Source: an uncultured Pelagibacteraceae bacterium
GTDB lineage: Bacteria > Pseudomonadota > Alphaproteobacteria > Pelagibacterales > Pelagibacteraceae
Direction: 5' to 3'
DNA: 64,000 nucleotides
Assembly (NCBI GenBank): GCA_902599995.1
Contig: CACKHN010000001.1
Location: 48,503-112,502 of the forward strand
Shown: in pieces, positions 38,559 through 50,183 of the stretch
Layout of the letters: every line of letters starts with the position of its first letter
Position numbering within the stretch: position 1 is the stretch's first letter
Position numbers and translations under genes: made by a program
Notes under the pieces: model-generated
Told to the model about the DNA's origin: nothing
The model's input: the letters and a program-made list of their open reading frames with translations, nothing else
Databases searched by the model: none

Positions 38559-40334
38559 TTAGTTGAGATTCTGCTTTTTTTTTAGCTCTTTTAGCTCATT
38601 GAATGTGGTCTCGCTCATATCAACTGAGAACTTCGATTCTAATTCTTGGATTCTAAACTCAAGATCATAATTAATTAAATCTCTGGAGATATCATCTAAT
38701 AATTCGATTGTTTTTTGATCATCATCTGTTTGATTTTTTAGAATATGTTTAATAGGTGCAAATTTATTTATTTTTTCTAGCAATTGATTGTCTAACTTTA
38801 AATCCTCAATTGAAAATTTCTTTCCAGATTTAAGCTTTTGAATTATTAAATTGAATATTTTTTTATTAATTTCTGTAAATAATTTAATATTTTCAATTAG
38901 ATGAATATTAGCTTGCAACAAATTTAAATTATTCATCAGCAAATATAATAAAGAAAACTCTTTAAGCTCCACCCCAGTTAGTGTTTCGCTTTCATTAAAA
39001 TGCTTCTTGGTTGTCTCTAGTGATTTAGTTCTTTTAACAAAAAATTTTCTCTTATTTTGATTGGAATGTGGGGTTAATTCTGCAATTTGTTCTAAAAAAT
39101 ATTCTAATACATATTTTTTTATAAAGTCATCTTTAATTGTATTAGCAATACTTCTCAATTTTTTTTCAAAAATTGCTAATGATGAAGGATTATTTTCTGT
39201 TTGTTTTTTATAATGACCAAAAATAAATTGATGAATAGACAATTTGCTTTGTTTGGTAAAATTAATGAAATTAGCTTTACCATTTTTATTGACATAACTG
39301 TCAGGGTCTTCATTATTCGGTAAAAATAAAAACGAAATTTGTTTTTCAGGTTTTAATTCTCTAATAGAGTTCTCTGCTGCTCTCAATGCCGCTTTATAAC
39401 CACTCTCATCACCATCAAAACATATGATAATATCGTCAAAAAATTGATTTAGAGTTAAAATTTGTTTATCAGTCAAAGAAGTTCCAAGGTTTGCAACTGC
39501 ATTTTCAATCCCGTTCTTGCTTAAACCAACAACATCCATATATCCCTCAACCAAATAAATATGACCTATCTTATTAGAAAGTTTTCGGGCTAAATCTAAA
39601 TTATATAAATTAGATCCTTTTTTAAAAAAATATGTCTCTGGTGAATTTATATATTTTGCTAAATAGTCTAGATTTTTTATAACACGCCCTCCTAAAGCTA
39701 TAGGTTGGCCTGAGATGTTATTGATTGGAAAAATTAATCGTCCTCTAAATCTTTCAACATAAGTTTTCTTTTTTTCATCTAAGTAAAATAAACCTGTTTC
39801 AACTAAAGTTTGCACACTATAATTATCTTTTAATTTATCAAAGAAATTTGGATTTTTTTCTATATATCCAATTTTAAATTTTTTAACTTCCTCTTTAGTT
39901 AAAGATCTATTTTTTAAATAATCTCGAGCAACAGAATAACTTTCATTTTTTAATAATTCTGCATGATAAAAATCTACATATTTGCTAAAGATTGATTGAT
40001 ATTCTCTCCATTTTTTTTCTCTTTCTTCGTCTTGTTTTGAAAAAATATAAGGCTGCATTCCCGCTAATTGTGCTAAATGTTTTACAGCATCACCAAACTT
40101 AAGATTTTGAATTTTCATTACAAAATCAAAAATATTTCCATGTTCTGAGGTTGCAAAACAATGATAAAACTCTTTTTCATCATTTACTGTAAATGAGGGT
40201 GTTTTTTCGTTTTTAAATGGAGATAAGCCAACAAACTCTTTTCCTCTTTTTTTTAAAGGAATAGTTTTTGAAACAACTGTTGATACTTTCAACCTTGTCT
40301 TAATTTCATCAAGGTATTCTTTTGGATATTTCAT
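38559..40334 (-). CDS. dnaG: DNA primase
   Basis: EKTPSF, KYINSPET, VEGYMDV and CFDGDESG (Toprim) motifs; upstream of rpoD. Confidence 0.95.
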   Translation of the reverse strand: MKYPKEYLDEIKTRLKVSTVVSKTIPLKKRGKEFVGLSPFKNEKTPSFTVNDEKEFYHCFATSEHGNIFDFVMKIQNLKFGDAVKHLAQLAGMQPYIFSKQDEEREKKWREYQSIFSKYVDFYHAELLKNESYSVARDYLKNRSLTKEEVKKFKIGYIEKNPNFFDKLKDNYSVQTLVETGLFYLDEKKKTYVERFRGRLIFPINNISGQPIALGGRVIKNLDYLAKYINSPETYFFKKGSNLYNLDLARKLSNKIGHIYLVEGYMDVVGLSKNGIENAVANLGTSLTDKQILTLNQFFDDIIICFDGDESGYKAALRAAENSIRELKPEKQISFLFLPNNEDPDSYVNKNGKANFINFTKQSKLSIHQFIFGHYKKQTENNPSSLAIFEKKLRSIANTIKDDFIKKYVLEYFLEQIAELTPHSNQNKRKFFVKRTKSLETTKKHFNESETLTGVELKEFSLLYLLMNNLNLLQANIHLIENIKLFTEINKKIFNLIIQKLKSGKKFSIEDLKLDNQLLEKINKFAPIKHILKNQTDDDQKTIELLDDISRDLINYDLEFRIQELESKFSVDMSETTFNELKELKKKQNLN

Positions 40335-40795
40335 TATTTGTTTAATAAATCTTTAATCATCGGGCCTGCTTTGGCAAAATCAATTTCATCTGGATGGTTT
40401 TTTTTTAACTCCCCCATTACTTTTCCCATATCCTTAATTGAACTAGCTCCTAATTTGGCAATTATATCTGCACAGATTTTTTTAGTTTCCTCCTCTCCAA
40501 GTTGCTTTGGTAGAAATCCAGTTAAAATATCATATTCATTTTGTTCCACTTCTAGCAAATCTGTTCGATTATTTTTTTTATAGATATCAATCGATTCGGA
40601 TCTTTGTTTAACCATTTTTTTTAAAAGTTTTTTAATATCTTCATCATCCGTATCTTTTTTATTGGGTCCAGATCGATTAACGATATCTAGATCTTTAATA
40701 GATGACAATATTAACCTATAGGTTGATATTTTATTTTTATCTTTTGATTTAAGAGCGGTTTTATATTCGTTTTCAATAGTATCTTTTAAGGGCAT
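40334..40795 (-). CDS. GatB/YqeY domain protein
   Basis: KQRSESI, FLPKQL and DMGKVMGEL motifs; upstream of dnaG. Confidence 0.88.
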   Translation of the reverse strand: MPLKDTIENEYKTALKSKDKNKISTYRLILSSIKDLDIVNRSGPNKKDTDDEDIKKLLKKMVKQRSESIDIYKKNNRTDLLEVEQNEYDILTGFLPKQLGEEETKKICADIIAKLGASSIKDMGKVMGELKKNHPDEIDFAKAGPMIKDLLNK

Positions 40796-40921
40796 AATTT
40801 TTTAATCTACTGTAAAGAATTAATTCTTCAAAAGAAAAATTGTTTTTTTACAATTTTATAATACATCTCTGTTGCGATAATAAAGCAATTATTGTATTAA
40901 CCTTTAACTTATGAGTTGTAA

Positions 40922-42115
40922 TTGATCAAAAAAGCAAAAAAAACAAACTCAAAAAATTCACAAATTAGTACAGGCGTTTTAGTTCTTGAAAACAAAAAGG
41001 TTTTTAAGGGGATTGGAATTGGCTATCAAGGAGAAGCAACTGGAGAGGTTTGCTTTAATACCTCTTTAACAGGTTACCAAGAAATAATTTCAGATCCTTC
41101 TTATGCAGGTCAGATTATAAATTTTACTTTTCCACATATTGGAAATGTTGGAACCAATAAAGAAGATATTGAGTCTGATAAAATCTGGACAAAAGGAGTG
41201 ATCTTTAATTCAGAAATAACCTCTCCTTCAAATTATAGAGCATTTTTTCATTTAGATGCTTGGCTTAAAAAAAATAAAATTGTAGGTATTACAGGCCTAG
41301 ATACCCGAAGTTTAACAAATTATATTAGAGACAAAGGGGCCCCTAAGGGTACGATTGCTTACTCAAAAAGTAAAAAGTTTAATATAAGCAAATTAACTAA
41401 TTCTACCATTAAATGGAGCGGCTTAAAAAACCTTGATCTTGCAGAAACTGTTACAACTCCAAACACCTACATCTGGAAAGGGCTCCAAACTTGGAAAAAG
41501 GAAATAGGATATAAAAAAAATATAAAAAACCTTTTTCACGTAGTTGCTATTGATTACGGAATAAAAAAAAATATTTTAAGATATTTCTCAGACTTTAAAT
41601 GCAAAGTAACTGTTGTTTCTTGCAAAACTAGCGCAGAGAAAATATTAGAACATGAACCAAATGGAATATTTTTGTCTAATGGCCCTGGTGATCCAGCAGC
41701 AACAGGAAAATATGCAATAAAAATACTCAATCAGTTAATAAAAAAAAATTTACCTATCTTTGGGATTTGCTTGGGCCACCAAATTTTAGCTTTAGCTTTA
41801 GGTGGAAAAACAAAAAAAATGAAGTTGGGACATAGAGGAGCTAATCATCCAGTAAAAAATTTAGTCCATGATAAAGTAGAAATTACCAGTCAAAATCATG
41901 GTTTTGTGGTAGTTGAAGAAAATTTACCAAAAAAAATTGAGGTCACTCACAAATCTCTTTTTGATAATACTATTGAAGGAATAAGACTTAAAAACAAACC
42001 CATATTTTCAGTACAATATCATCCAGAATCAAACCCTGGTCCTCAAGATAGTGTCTATTTATTTCAGGAATTTATTAACAACATGAAAAAAAATGCCAAA
42101 AAGAAAAGATATTAA
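40922..42115 (+). CDS. carA: Carbamoyl-phosphate synthase small subunit
   Basis: [22 protein letters not shown] and QYHPE motifs. Confidence 0.97.
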   Translation: MIKKAKKTNSKNSQISTGVLVLENKKVFKGIGIGYQGEATGEVCFNTSLTGYQEIISDPSYAGQIINFTFPHIGNVGTNKEDIESDKIWTKGVIFNSEITSPSNYRAFFHLDAWLKKNKIVGITGLDTRSLTNYIRDKGAPKGTIAYSKSKKFNISKLTNSTIKWSGLKNLDLAETVTTPNTYIWKGLQTWKKEIGYKKNIKNLFHVVAIDYGIKKNILRYFSDFKCKVTVVSCKTSAEKILEHEPNGIFLSNGPGDPAATGKYAIKILNQLIKKNLPIFGICLGHQILALALGGKTKKMKLGHRGANHPVKNLVHDKVEITSQNHGFVVVEENLPKKIEVTHKSLFDNTIEGIRLKNKPIFSVQYHPESNPGPQDSVYLFQEFINNMKKNAKKKRY

Positions 42116-45100
42116 AAAAATATTAGTTGTGGGTGCTGGGCCTATTATCATTGGTCAAGCATGTGAGTTTGATTACTCAGGTACACAAGCTTGCAAGGCA
42201 TTAAAAGATGAAGGTTATAAAGTAATATTAATCAACTCAAATCCTGCAACCATTATGACGGATCCAGACGTTGCAGATAAAACTTATATTGAGCCAATAA
42301 CCTTCGAGGTGCTTCAAAAAATTCTGATAAAAGAAAAGCCTAACGCTATTCTTCCTACAATGGGTGGTCAGACAGCGCTTAATCTTGCAATGGAAGCAGA
42401 AAAAAAAGGAATTTTAAAAAAGTATAAAATTGAACTCATAGGGGCAAATTCTAAAGCAATTGCTAATGCAGAAGATAGGAAAAAATTTAGAAAAAATATG
42501 ATCGATATAGGTTTAGATTTACCTAAATCTGAGATTGTCAATAATATCAATCACGCCTCAAAAGTTTTAAAAAAAATTGGTCTCCCTGCAATTATAAGAC
42601 CAGCATTTACACTTGGAGGTCTTGGAGGTGGTATTGCTAAAAATAAAAAAGATTACTTAAAAATTATTAAAAGTGGACTTCATGAATCTCCAGTAAGTCA
42701 AGTGTTGGTTGAAGAATGCTTAGAAGGATGGAAAGAATTTGAGATGGAAGTTGTAAGAGATAAAAAAGATAACTGTATCATTATCTGTTCTATTGAAAAT
42801 GTTGATCCTATGGGGATTCACACTGGAGACTCTGTAACTGTTGCGCCCGCACTAACACTTACTGACAAAGAATATCAAGTAATGAGAAATGCCTCTATTG
42901 CATGTTTAAAAAAAATTGGAGTGGAAACGGGTGGATCTAATGTTCAATTTGCAATCAATCCAAAAAATGGTCGAATGGTTGTAATAGAAATGAACCCTAG
43001 GGTTTCAAGATCTTCAGCACTTGCATCAAAAGCAACTGGTTTTCCAATTGCAAAAGTTGCAGCAAAACTTGCTGTTGGTTACACATTAGATGAATTAAAA
43101 AACGAAATTACAAAAGTTACCCCAGCATCCTTTGAACCTAGCATCGATTATGTGGTAACAAAAATTCCAAGATTTACTTTTGAAAAATTTTCAACCTCAC
43201 CTATAACTTTAGGCACATCAATGAAATCAGTTGGAGAAGCAATGGCAATCGGGAGAAATTTTAAAGAATCGCTTCAAAAAGCATTAGTTTCTCTTGAAAC
43301 CGGTTTTTCAGGATTAGATAGAGTGCCCAATCTAAATAAAAAGCAAATTGAAAAAAAATTAAAAGAAAACATCCCAAATAAACTTCTTGTTGTAGCTGAA
43401 GCTATACGAAAGAAAATTAATTTAAAAAAAATATTTGTATTATCTAGAATTGATCCATGGTTCTTAGAACAAATTAAAGAAATTGTAGATAATGAAACTA
43501 TGATTAAAAAAAGGGGGTTGCCAAAGAATTTTACCGAATTTAACAGAATAAAATCAATAGGCTTTTCTGATAAAAAGCTTTCTGAATTAACCAAAACTTC
43601 TGAGGACATTGTTAGACGAAAAAGAACAGCTCTCAAAATTTTACCTGTATTCAAGAAAGTTGATACTTGTGCAGCTGAATTTAAATCCTTCACCCCTTAT
43701 ATGTATTCAACGTATCAGAGAAATTTTTCTATAAATTCAGAGTGTGAGTCTGATCCCTCCAGCAGGAAAAAAATTATTATTTTAGGAGGAGGACCTAATA
43801 GAATTGGGCAAGGTATAGAATTTGATTATTGCTGTTGTCAGGCAAGTTTTTCTTTAAAGGAAGCTGGTTTTGAAACAATTATGGTTAATTGTAATCCAGA
43901 AACTGTCTCTACTGACTATGATACTAGTGACAGACTTTATTTTGAACCCCTTAGAGAAGAATACGTTTTTAACATTATCAAAAAAGAACAAGAAAAAGGT
44001 AATCTTGTTGGAATTATCGCTCAGTTTGGTGGACAAACACCAATTAAACTTGCAAAATTTTTAAATGATCACAAACTTCCAATTCTCGGAACACAGTATA
44101 CTTCTATAGATTTAGCTGAGGACAGGGATCGATTTAGAAATTTGTTAAATAATCTAAAATTAAAACAAGCTGAAAGTGGAATTGCAAAAACATTTAAACA
44201 AGCAATACAAATCTCAGAAAAAATTGGCTTACCTTTAATGGTGAGACCCTCTTATGTGTTAGGTGGAAGAGCAATGGAAATTGTTCACCAAAAAAGACAA
44301 CTGAAAAATTTTGTAGAAGAAGCTTTTAAAGCTGCTGAGGAAAATCCAATTTTAATCGATAAATTTATTGATAATGCAATGGAGGTTGATGTTGACGCCA
44401 TCTCAGATGGAAAACAAGTTCATGTTGCAGGGATCATGCAACATATCGAGGAAGCTGGTATTCACTCTGGGGACTCTGCATGTAGTTTGCCCCCTGTATC
44501 TATAAAACCGTTTTTGATAAAAGAAATTGAAAACCAAACCAAGAAATTGGCATTAGCTCTAAAAGTTAAAGGGTTTATGAATATTCAATACGCAATTAAA
44601 AAAGATGAGATTTACGTAATTGAAGTAAATCCTAGAGCAAGTAGAACTGTACCATTTGTATCTAAAGCAAAAGGATTACCCCTTGCAAAAATTGCATCGC
44701 GTGTGATGGCTGGTGAAAAATTATCTAAATTTAATTTAAAAGATAAGTCTAAAGGAATGTATGCAGTTAAAGAAGCTGTCTTCCCATTTAATAAATTTCC
44801 AAATAGTGATCTTCTTCTAGGTCCCGAAATGAAATCAACTGGAGAAGTAATGGGATTTGATAAAAATTTTGGTATGGCTTTTGCAAAAAGTCAAATAGCC
44901 TCTACTAACTCTTTACCTAAAAATGGATTAGCATTTATCTCTTTGAAAGATAGTCACAAAGATGAAGGAATAGGTTTAGCAAAAGAATTGATTAATCTAA
45001 ATTTTACACTTTGTGCAACTCGAGGAACAGCTGAATACATTAGAAAACATGGGATGAAATGCAGAATTATTAATAAAGTCAGTAGTGGCTCTCCACATAT

Positions 45101-45317
45101 AGTGGATGTATTAGACTCTAAAAAAATTGCTCTTGTTATTAATACTGGTGGTGGAAACACCGAACACAGATTAAATGATGCTATAGCCCTTAGAAGAGGG
45201 ACACTTAAAAACAAAGTTCCCTATTGTACCAATATGTCAACAGCTCTGGCATGTTTAGAGGCAATCAAATCACTCAAAACAAAAAAATTAGAAGTAACTT
45301 CTCTTCAAGATATATAA
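42093..45317 (+). CDS. carB: Carbamoyl-phosphate synthase large subunit
   Basis: [17 protein letters not shown], two ATP-grasp halves and an MGS domain. Confidence 0.98.
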   Translation: MPKRKDIKKILVVGAGPIIIGQACEFDYSGTQACKALKDEGYKVILINSNPATIMTDPDVADKTYIEPITFEVLQKILIKEKPNAILPTMGGQTALNLAMEAEKKGILKKYKIELIGANSKAIANAEDRKKFRKNMIDIGLDLPKSEIVNNINHASKVLKKIGLPAIIRPAFTLGGLGGGIAKNKKDYLKIIKSGLHESPVSQVLVEECLEGWKEFEMEVVRDKKDNCIIICSIENVDPMGIHTGDSVTVAPALTLTDKEYQVMRNASIACLKKIGVETGGSNVQFAINPKNGRMVVIEMNPRVSRSSALASKATGFPIAKVAAKLAVGYTLDELKNEITKVTPASFEPSIDYVVTKIPRFTFEKFSTSPITLGTSMKSVGEAMAIGRNFKESLQKALVSLETGFSGLDRVPNLNKKQIEKKLKENIPNKLLVVAEAIRKKINLKKIFVLSRIDPWFLEQIKEIVDNETMIKKRGLPKNFTEFNRIKSIGFSDKKLSELTKTSEDIVRRKRTALKILPVFKKVDTCAAEFKSFTPYMYSTYQRNFSINSECESDPSSRKKIIILGGGPNRIGQGIEFDYCCCQASFSLKEAGFETIMVNCNPETVSTDYDTSDRLYFEPLREEYVFNIIKKEQEKGNLVGIIAQFGGQTPIKLAKFLNDHKLPILGTQYTSIDLAEDRDRFRNLLNNLKLKQAESGIAKTFKQAIQISEKIGLPLMVRPSYVLGGRAMEIVHQKRQLKNFVEEAFKAAEENPILIDKFIDNAMEVDVDAISDGKQVHVAGIMQHIEEAGIHSGDSACSLPPVSIKPFLIKEIENQTKKLALALKVKGFMNIQYAIKKDEIYVIEVNPRASRTVPFVSKAKGLPLAKIASRVMAGEKLSKFNLKDKSKGMYAVKEAVFPFNKFPNSDLLLGPEMKSTGEVMGFDKNFGMAFAKSQIASTNSLPKNGLAFISLKDSHKDEGIGLAKELINLNFTLCATRGTAEYIRKHGMKCRIINKVSSGSPHIVDVLDSKKIALVINTGGGNTEHRLNDAIALRRGTLKNKVPYCTNMSTALACLEAIKSLKTKKLEVTSLQDI

Positions 45318-45321
45318 AAAT

Positions 45322-46767
45322 TTAGACATCAACTATTAGTGTATCTTTAGATCCTCCACCTTGAGAACTATTCACAATTGTACTTCCTTTTCTAAGTGCA
45401 ACTCTCGTTAATCCTCCTGTGCTTACATATGTAGTTTTTCCACTAAGAACAAAAGGTCTTAAATCTAGATGCCTAGGCTCAATATCATTTTCGGTAATTG
45501 TTGGTGCTGTTGAAAGAGTTTCAAGAGGTTGTGCAATATATTCTCTTGGGTTTTTTTTAATTTTGGCAATTACTTCATCTCTTTCTTTTTTATCTGCTTT
45601 AGGCCCTATCATTATTCCATAACCACCAGAAGCATTAGCAGGTTTAACAACTAATTTAGAGATATTTTCAATCACGTAGTTTCTTTCATTTTTATTGTGA
45701 CATAAGTAAGTTTCTACCTGGTTTAGGATTGGCTGTTCACCAAGATAATAAACAATCATTTTATTAACATAAGAGTAAACTACTTTGTCATCAGCAACTC
45801 CGGTACCTATAGCATTAATTATACCAACGTTTCCTTTTCGCCAGCTCTTAAATAATCCTGGTACCCCTATTAGTGAACCTTTGAAAAATACTTTTGGATC
45901 TAAAAAATTATCATCAAGACGTCTGTATATACAATCAACCTTAAGAGGACCTTTGACGGTCTTCATATAGACAATATCGTCCTCAACGAACAAATCTTTT
46001 CCTTCAACTAATGCTATACCCATCTGGTCAGCCAAAAAAGAGTGCTCAAAATAAGCTGAATTATATATACCAGGTGTCAAAACTACCATATGTGGATTAG
46101 CAGTTTTTTTTGGAATACATTCGACCATACAATTGAATAATTTGTTTGTGTATTGATGAATTGATGCAACTTTATATCTTGTAAATAATTCAGGAAATAC
46201 ATCTCTCATTACCATTCTATTTTCGAGCATATAAGATACACCCGAGGGTACTCTTAAATTGTCTTCTAAAACTAAATAATCACCATTTGTATTTCTTATT
46301 AAATCAACTCCAGAGATATTTGACCAAGCTTTGTGCTTAGGAGAAAACCCTTCGCATTCTTTTACATAAAAGGGAGAATTAAAAATAATTTCTCTTGGTA
46401 CAACTTTATCTTTAAATATTTTTTTTTGATTATAAACATCATCAATAAATAAATTTAAAGCTTTTACACGCTGCTTTAAACCTTTTGAGACTTTGTTCCA
46501 TTGTGTTTTTGGAATTATTCTTGGAATTATATCAAGAGGCCATTTTTTCTCTTCTGCTCTATTATTTGCAGCATAAACTCTAAAGTTAATACCTCTAGCA
46601 CTTATTGTACTCTGACAATTTTTTTCAATTTCTTGAAGCTTTTTTTTGCCGTATCTCTCTAAAATTGATGAAATTATTGTAGCATGCTTTCGAAGTTTGT
46701 TATCTTTAGTAAAATAACCATCGTAAGCACGACTTGAATTATAGTTTTTCCAAAGCTTTGAGACCAT
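45322..46767 (-). CDS. Circularly permuted type 2 ATP-grasp protein
   Basis: VLEDNLRVPSGVSY, TPGIYNSAYFEH, IYRR, VVKP...SGGYG, RHLDLRPF, GGLTRVAL and VNSSQGGGSKDT motifs. Confidence 0.9.
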   Translation of the reverse strand: MVSKLWKNYNSSRAYDGYFTKDNKLRKHATIISSILERYGKKKLQEIEKNCQSTISARGINFRVYAANNRAEEKKWPLDIIPRIIPKTQWNKVSKGLKQRVKALNLFIDDVYNQKKIFKDKVVPREIIFNSPFYVKECEGFSPKHKAWSNISGVDLIRNTNGDYLVLEDNLRVPSGVSYMLENRMVMRDVFPELFTRYKVASIHQYTNKLFNCMVECIPKKTANPHMVVLTPGIYNSAYFEHSFLADQMGIALVEGKDLFVEDDIVYMKTVKGPLKVDCIYRRLDDNFLDPKVFFKGSLIGVPGLFKSWRKGNVGIINAIGTGVADDKVVYSYVNKMIVYYLGEQPILNQVETYLCHNKNERNYVIENISKLVVKPANASGGYGIMIGPKADKKERDEVIAKIKKNPREYIAQPLETLSTAPTITENDIEPRHLDLRPFVLSGKTTYVSTGGLTRVALRKGSTIVNSSQGGGSKDTLIVDV

Positions 46768-46806
46768 AACAGTACAGTGTTTAATACTTGAATAAAATTA
46801 GCAAAT

Positions 46807-46830
46807 GCATATTAGATATATCTGATATGC
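46807..46830. promoter_or_regulatory. 24-bp near-perfect palindrome in the divergent spacer; candidate operator
   Basis: GCATATTAGATATATCTGATATGC is self-complementary except for one T/G pair. Confidence 0.5.
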
Positions 46831-46879
46831 TTTTAATTGATTATGAAAAAATGTAATAATTAACTAATTTTTTGAAGCT

Positions 46880-47605
46880 ATGACATATTGTATTGGAATT
46901 AAAACAAACGAAGGTCTTGTTTTTGCTTCAGACTCAAGGACAAATGCTGGTTTAGATAACGTAAATATTTATTCCAAAATGATGACACACGATGTAGGTG
47001 ATAGAACTGTTGTAATCGTAACATCAGGAAATTTAGGAACATCTCAAGCAGTATATAAATCAATTGAAAAAGATCTAAAGAGCACTTCAGGCATAATGAA
47101 TTTAAATACTTGCAATGATTTTGAACAAATAGCATCTTATATTGGATCATTAAATATTGAACATTCATCACCTCAAGGAATAAACACTGATAATGTTTTG
47201 TTAGGTTCCACTTTTATTGTTGGAGGGCAAATTAAAGGTCAGCAACATGAATTATATTTAGTTTATCCTCAAGGAAATTATATTAGACCAGCTGACAGTA
47301 AACCATATCTTGTAATCGGAGAGGTAAAATATGGGAAACCAATTCTTGACAGGGTTATTAAACCAAGTGTTTCGATTGGTGATGCATCAAGATGTGCGCT
47401 GATTTCTATGGACTCTACATTAAAAAGTGATCTTACTGTTGGACCTCCAATTGATTTTGCAGTTCTTAAAAAAGATGCTGATAATCTATCTACTCTTGAA
47501 TGTTTAAATGTTACGGACGAGAATTATTCAAAGGTTTGTAATCAATGGTCAGAGGGAATTTTTAAAGTTTTTGACTCTTTTCCAAGATTTGATTGGGAAA
47601 AATAA
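46880..47605 (+). CDS. Anbu-like proteasome-type (Ntn-hydrolase) peptidase
   Basis: M-TYC N-terminus; Thr1, Asp17 (ASDSRTNAG) and Lys32; IGEVKYGKPILDR and LISMDST..SDLTVGPPID motifs. Confidence 0.9.
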   Translation: MTYCIGIKTNEGLVFASDSRTNAGLDNVNIYSKMMTHDVGDRTVVIVTSGNLGTSQAVYKSIEKDLKSTSGIMNLNTCNDFEQIASYIGSLNIEHSSPQGINTDNVLLGSTFIVGGQIKGQQHELYLVYPQGNYIRPADSKPYLVIGEVKYGKPILDRVIKPSVSIGDASRCALISMDSTLKSDLTVGPPIDFAVLKKDADNLSTLECLNVTDENYSKVCNQWSEGIFKVFDSFPRFDWEK

Positions 47606-47607
47606 AA

Positions 47608-48270
47608 TTACTCAACTTTCCAATCAGTTTCAAAAGTAACATAGTTTACTTGCAAACATCGTCTCTCTTTTAAAATTTTCTTTTTTTCCATTCCATGCCA
47701 GGTATTTGGACCACTAGTAAAAAGATACCCATAATTATTTCTAAAAGGTAAAGTTTTAACTTTCTCTAACTTTTCGTTATAAAAATCTGTCCCTAGATCC
47801 TCAGACTCATTGGTATTATTTACAAATATCAATCCTGACATTAATTTTTCTTTAATGTCACAATGAGGTTTTAACCAAAATCCCTCTCTGTCACAAATAA
47901 CTTCAACTCTTACATATGAATTTGATAAGTCTCTACCAATCATTTCAGAAATTATTTTATGTGTTTCTTTAGATTGTAATTCATTAATAAATTTGACTAG
48001 ATGTGGAAACTGCGTGGAATTTTCCTTTGATACAAAACATCTAAATTTTATTGCTTTACCTCCTGAGGCAATACCTTCTCGAAATTCTGCGCCACCACCA
48101 TCAATTGCTCTTGTGCCATCATATGACAGATTAAGTTTGGTTAAATCTGGAATATCTGCTTTAATTATTTCCTCAATTGAACCTTCGCTTAGCGCATCAC
48201 TATATTCCCAATGATCGAAAGGAATTTCATGTTTGGTTGAATTGTTTTTTATAGAATTTAAAAATGACAT
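47608..48270 (-). CDS. 2OG-Fe(II) oxygenase superfamily protein
   Basis: HxD (PHCD), distal His (TWHG) and RRCLQVNY. Confidence 0.7.
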   Translation of the reverse strand: MSFLNSIKNNSTKHEIPFDHWEYSDALSEGSIEEIIKADIPDLTKLNLSYDGTRAIDGGGAEFREGIASGGKAIKFRCFVSKENSTQFPHLVKFINELQSKETHKIISEMIGRDLSNSYVRVEVICDREGFWLKPHCDIKEKLMSGLIFVNNTNESEDLGTDFYNEKLEKVKTLPFRNNYGYLFTSGPNTWHGMEKKKILKERRCLQVNYVTFETDWKVE

Positions 48271-49214
48271 TAAGATTGAATTTTTTCTCTTATAAGATTT
48301 GCTACTCTATTAGTTTCAGTTAGCTTTTCATAGTTCCAAATTTCAACTTCTTCTCCCAAGTTTCTTGTTATATTTAAGTCTCTAAATAAATTTCGAAATC
48401 TTTGAAATCTTTTATCGTTTTTTTTTGGTAAAATATTTGCAACATATATAGGCTTACCAGTCAAAGCAGCTTCAGAAATCATTGAGCTTGAGTCGCAAGT
48501 GACCACTATATTTTCTGATATTGCAAGTGCTGACAAGTATGCTTTTTTATCTACGTCCATTATTATAGTGTGATTTTCACCAAAAAATTCCTTAGCGTAA
48601 TGAATTGTACTTGATGGTGTTCTCATTGAAGGAATAACCACAAGTTGAAAATCGTGTTTTTTTAATAATTTATAAAACATTGAAAAAATATGTTTCATAT
48701 TTTTTGTTGAATAATCATAATATTTTGTCGGTCCTCCCAAAATTAAGGCCCATACTTTTCTGTTATCTTTTTTAATAAAAGAGTTTAAATATTCTTTATT
48801 TTCTGAAATCTCTTCCTCTGTTAAGTAATGAATTGCTCCTTTTGTGTTTATAACATTATCTCCTTTTATTGCATCGTGTTCTGGCGCAACAATAAAATCA
48901 AAATGCTTAAAGTTAACTTTTGGATCTTGAATATGAATATTAAAAATTTTTTTATTAGAAATACTTTTTAAGTGAATTGAAGGAATTACACTTTTTCTTC
49001 CACAGGAAATTATTATATCAAAATCTGTTTGATCTATTTTTTTATAAACGGTTTGTGAAATTGGAGAAAATCTTGGTGGAATAATTTTCCAAATATTGTT
49101 TGTTTCAACCTTGCAGTGAATAAAATCAATACCAAGGGCTTTAGCCAAACCTTCCACTTGGCTGATCATTCCATGCATACCTTGTGTTAATAATAAACCT
49201 TTTAATTTAGACAT
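48270..49214 (-). CDS. ELM1/GtrOC1-family (GT-B-like) protein
   Basis: GMISQ..GLA, HIQDP, APEHD, LILGG, SMRTP and VTCDSSSMISEA motifs. Confidence 0.82.
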   Translation of the reverse strand: MSKLKGLLLTQGMHGMISQVEGLAKALGIDFIHCKVETNNIWKIIPPRFSPISQTVYKKIDQTDFDIIISCGRKSVIPSIHLKSISNKKIFNIHIQDPKVNFKHFDFIVAPEHDAIKGDNVINTKGAIHYLTEEEISENKEYLNSFIKKDNRKVWALILGGPTKYYDYSTKNMKHIFSMFYKLLKKHDFQLVVIPSMRTPSSTIHYAKEFFGENHTIIMDVDKKAYLSALAISENIVVTCDSSSMISEAALTGKPIYVANILPKKNDKRFQRFRNLFRDLNITRNLGEEVEIWNYEKLTETNRVANLIREKIQS

Positions 49215-49235
49215 TTATCACTATATAGCTTCCAT

Positions 49236-50183
49236 ATGAGTCAAAATCCAACTAAACACACAAAAGTGTTAATAATTGGATCCGGTCCTGCTGGATATAC
49301 TGCTGCAGTTTATGCTGCTCGTGCAATGTTAAATCCTATTCTGGTTTATGGAGCTGAACCTGGTGGACAATTAACAACTACAACTGATGTTGAGAATTAT
49401 CCAGGATTTGCAGACGTGATCCAAGGTCCTTGGTTAATGGATCAAATGAAAGATCAAGCTAAAGCAGTCGGTACAGAAATGATTGAGGATCACATTGCGT
49501 CTGTGAATTTGAAATCAGAACCTTTTGAAGCAGTTGGAGACAGTGGACAAAAATATACTGCTGACAGCATAATTATTTCAACAGGTGCTCAAGCAAGATG
49601 GTTAAATATTAAATCAGAACAAGAATTTAGAGGCTTTGGAGTATCGGCTTGTGCAACATGTGATGGTTTCTTTTTCAAAGATAAAGAAGTTGCTGTAGTT
49701 GGAGGAGGTAATGCTGCTGTAGAAGAAGCAATGTTCCTAACAAAATTTGCATCTAAAGTTAAATTGATCCACAGACGTGATAGTTTGCGAGCTGAAAAAA
49801 TGCTTCAGAAAAAATTGATGGATAACAAAAAAATAGAAATTATTTGGGACTCTGTTGTAGAAGATGTAATTGGTGACAAAGAGCCCAAAAATGTAAAAGG
49901 AATAAAAATTAAAAATGTTAAAACCAACAATGTTGAAGAACTAAAACTTGATGGAGTGTTTATTGCTATTGGTCATGACCCAGCTACCTCTTTGTTCAAA
50001 GAACAATTAGATATGGACAACGAAGGTTATTTAATTACAAAACCAGACTCAACTGAGACTAATGTACCAGGCGTTTATGCTGCAGGAGATGTTAAGGACA
50101 AAACATTTAGGCAAGCAGTTACAGCTGCTGGAATGGGATGTATGGCAGCTTTAGAGGCTGAAAAACATCTTTCAAATAATTAG
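49236..50183 (+). CDS. trxB: Thioredoxin reductase
   Basis: GSGPAG, CATCDG, GGGNAA and RQAVTAAG motifs. Confidence 0.97.
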   Translation: MSQNPTKHTKVLIIGSGPAGYTAAVYAARAMLNPILVYGAEPGGQLTTTTDVENYPGFADVIQGPWLMDQMKDQAKAVGTEMIEDHIASVNLKSEPFEAVGDSGQKYTADSIIISTGAQARWLNIKSEQEFRGFGVSACATCDGFFFKDKEVAVVGGGNAAVEEAMFLTKFASKVKLIHRRDSLRAEKMLQKKLMDNKKIEIIWDSVVEDVIGDKEPKNVKGIKIKNVKTNNVEELKLDGVFIAIGHDPATSLFKEQLDMDNEGYLITKPDSTETNVPGVYAAGDVKDKTFRQAVTAAGMGCMAALEAEKHLSNN

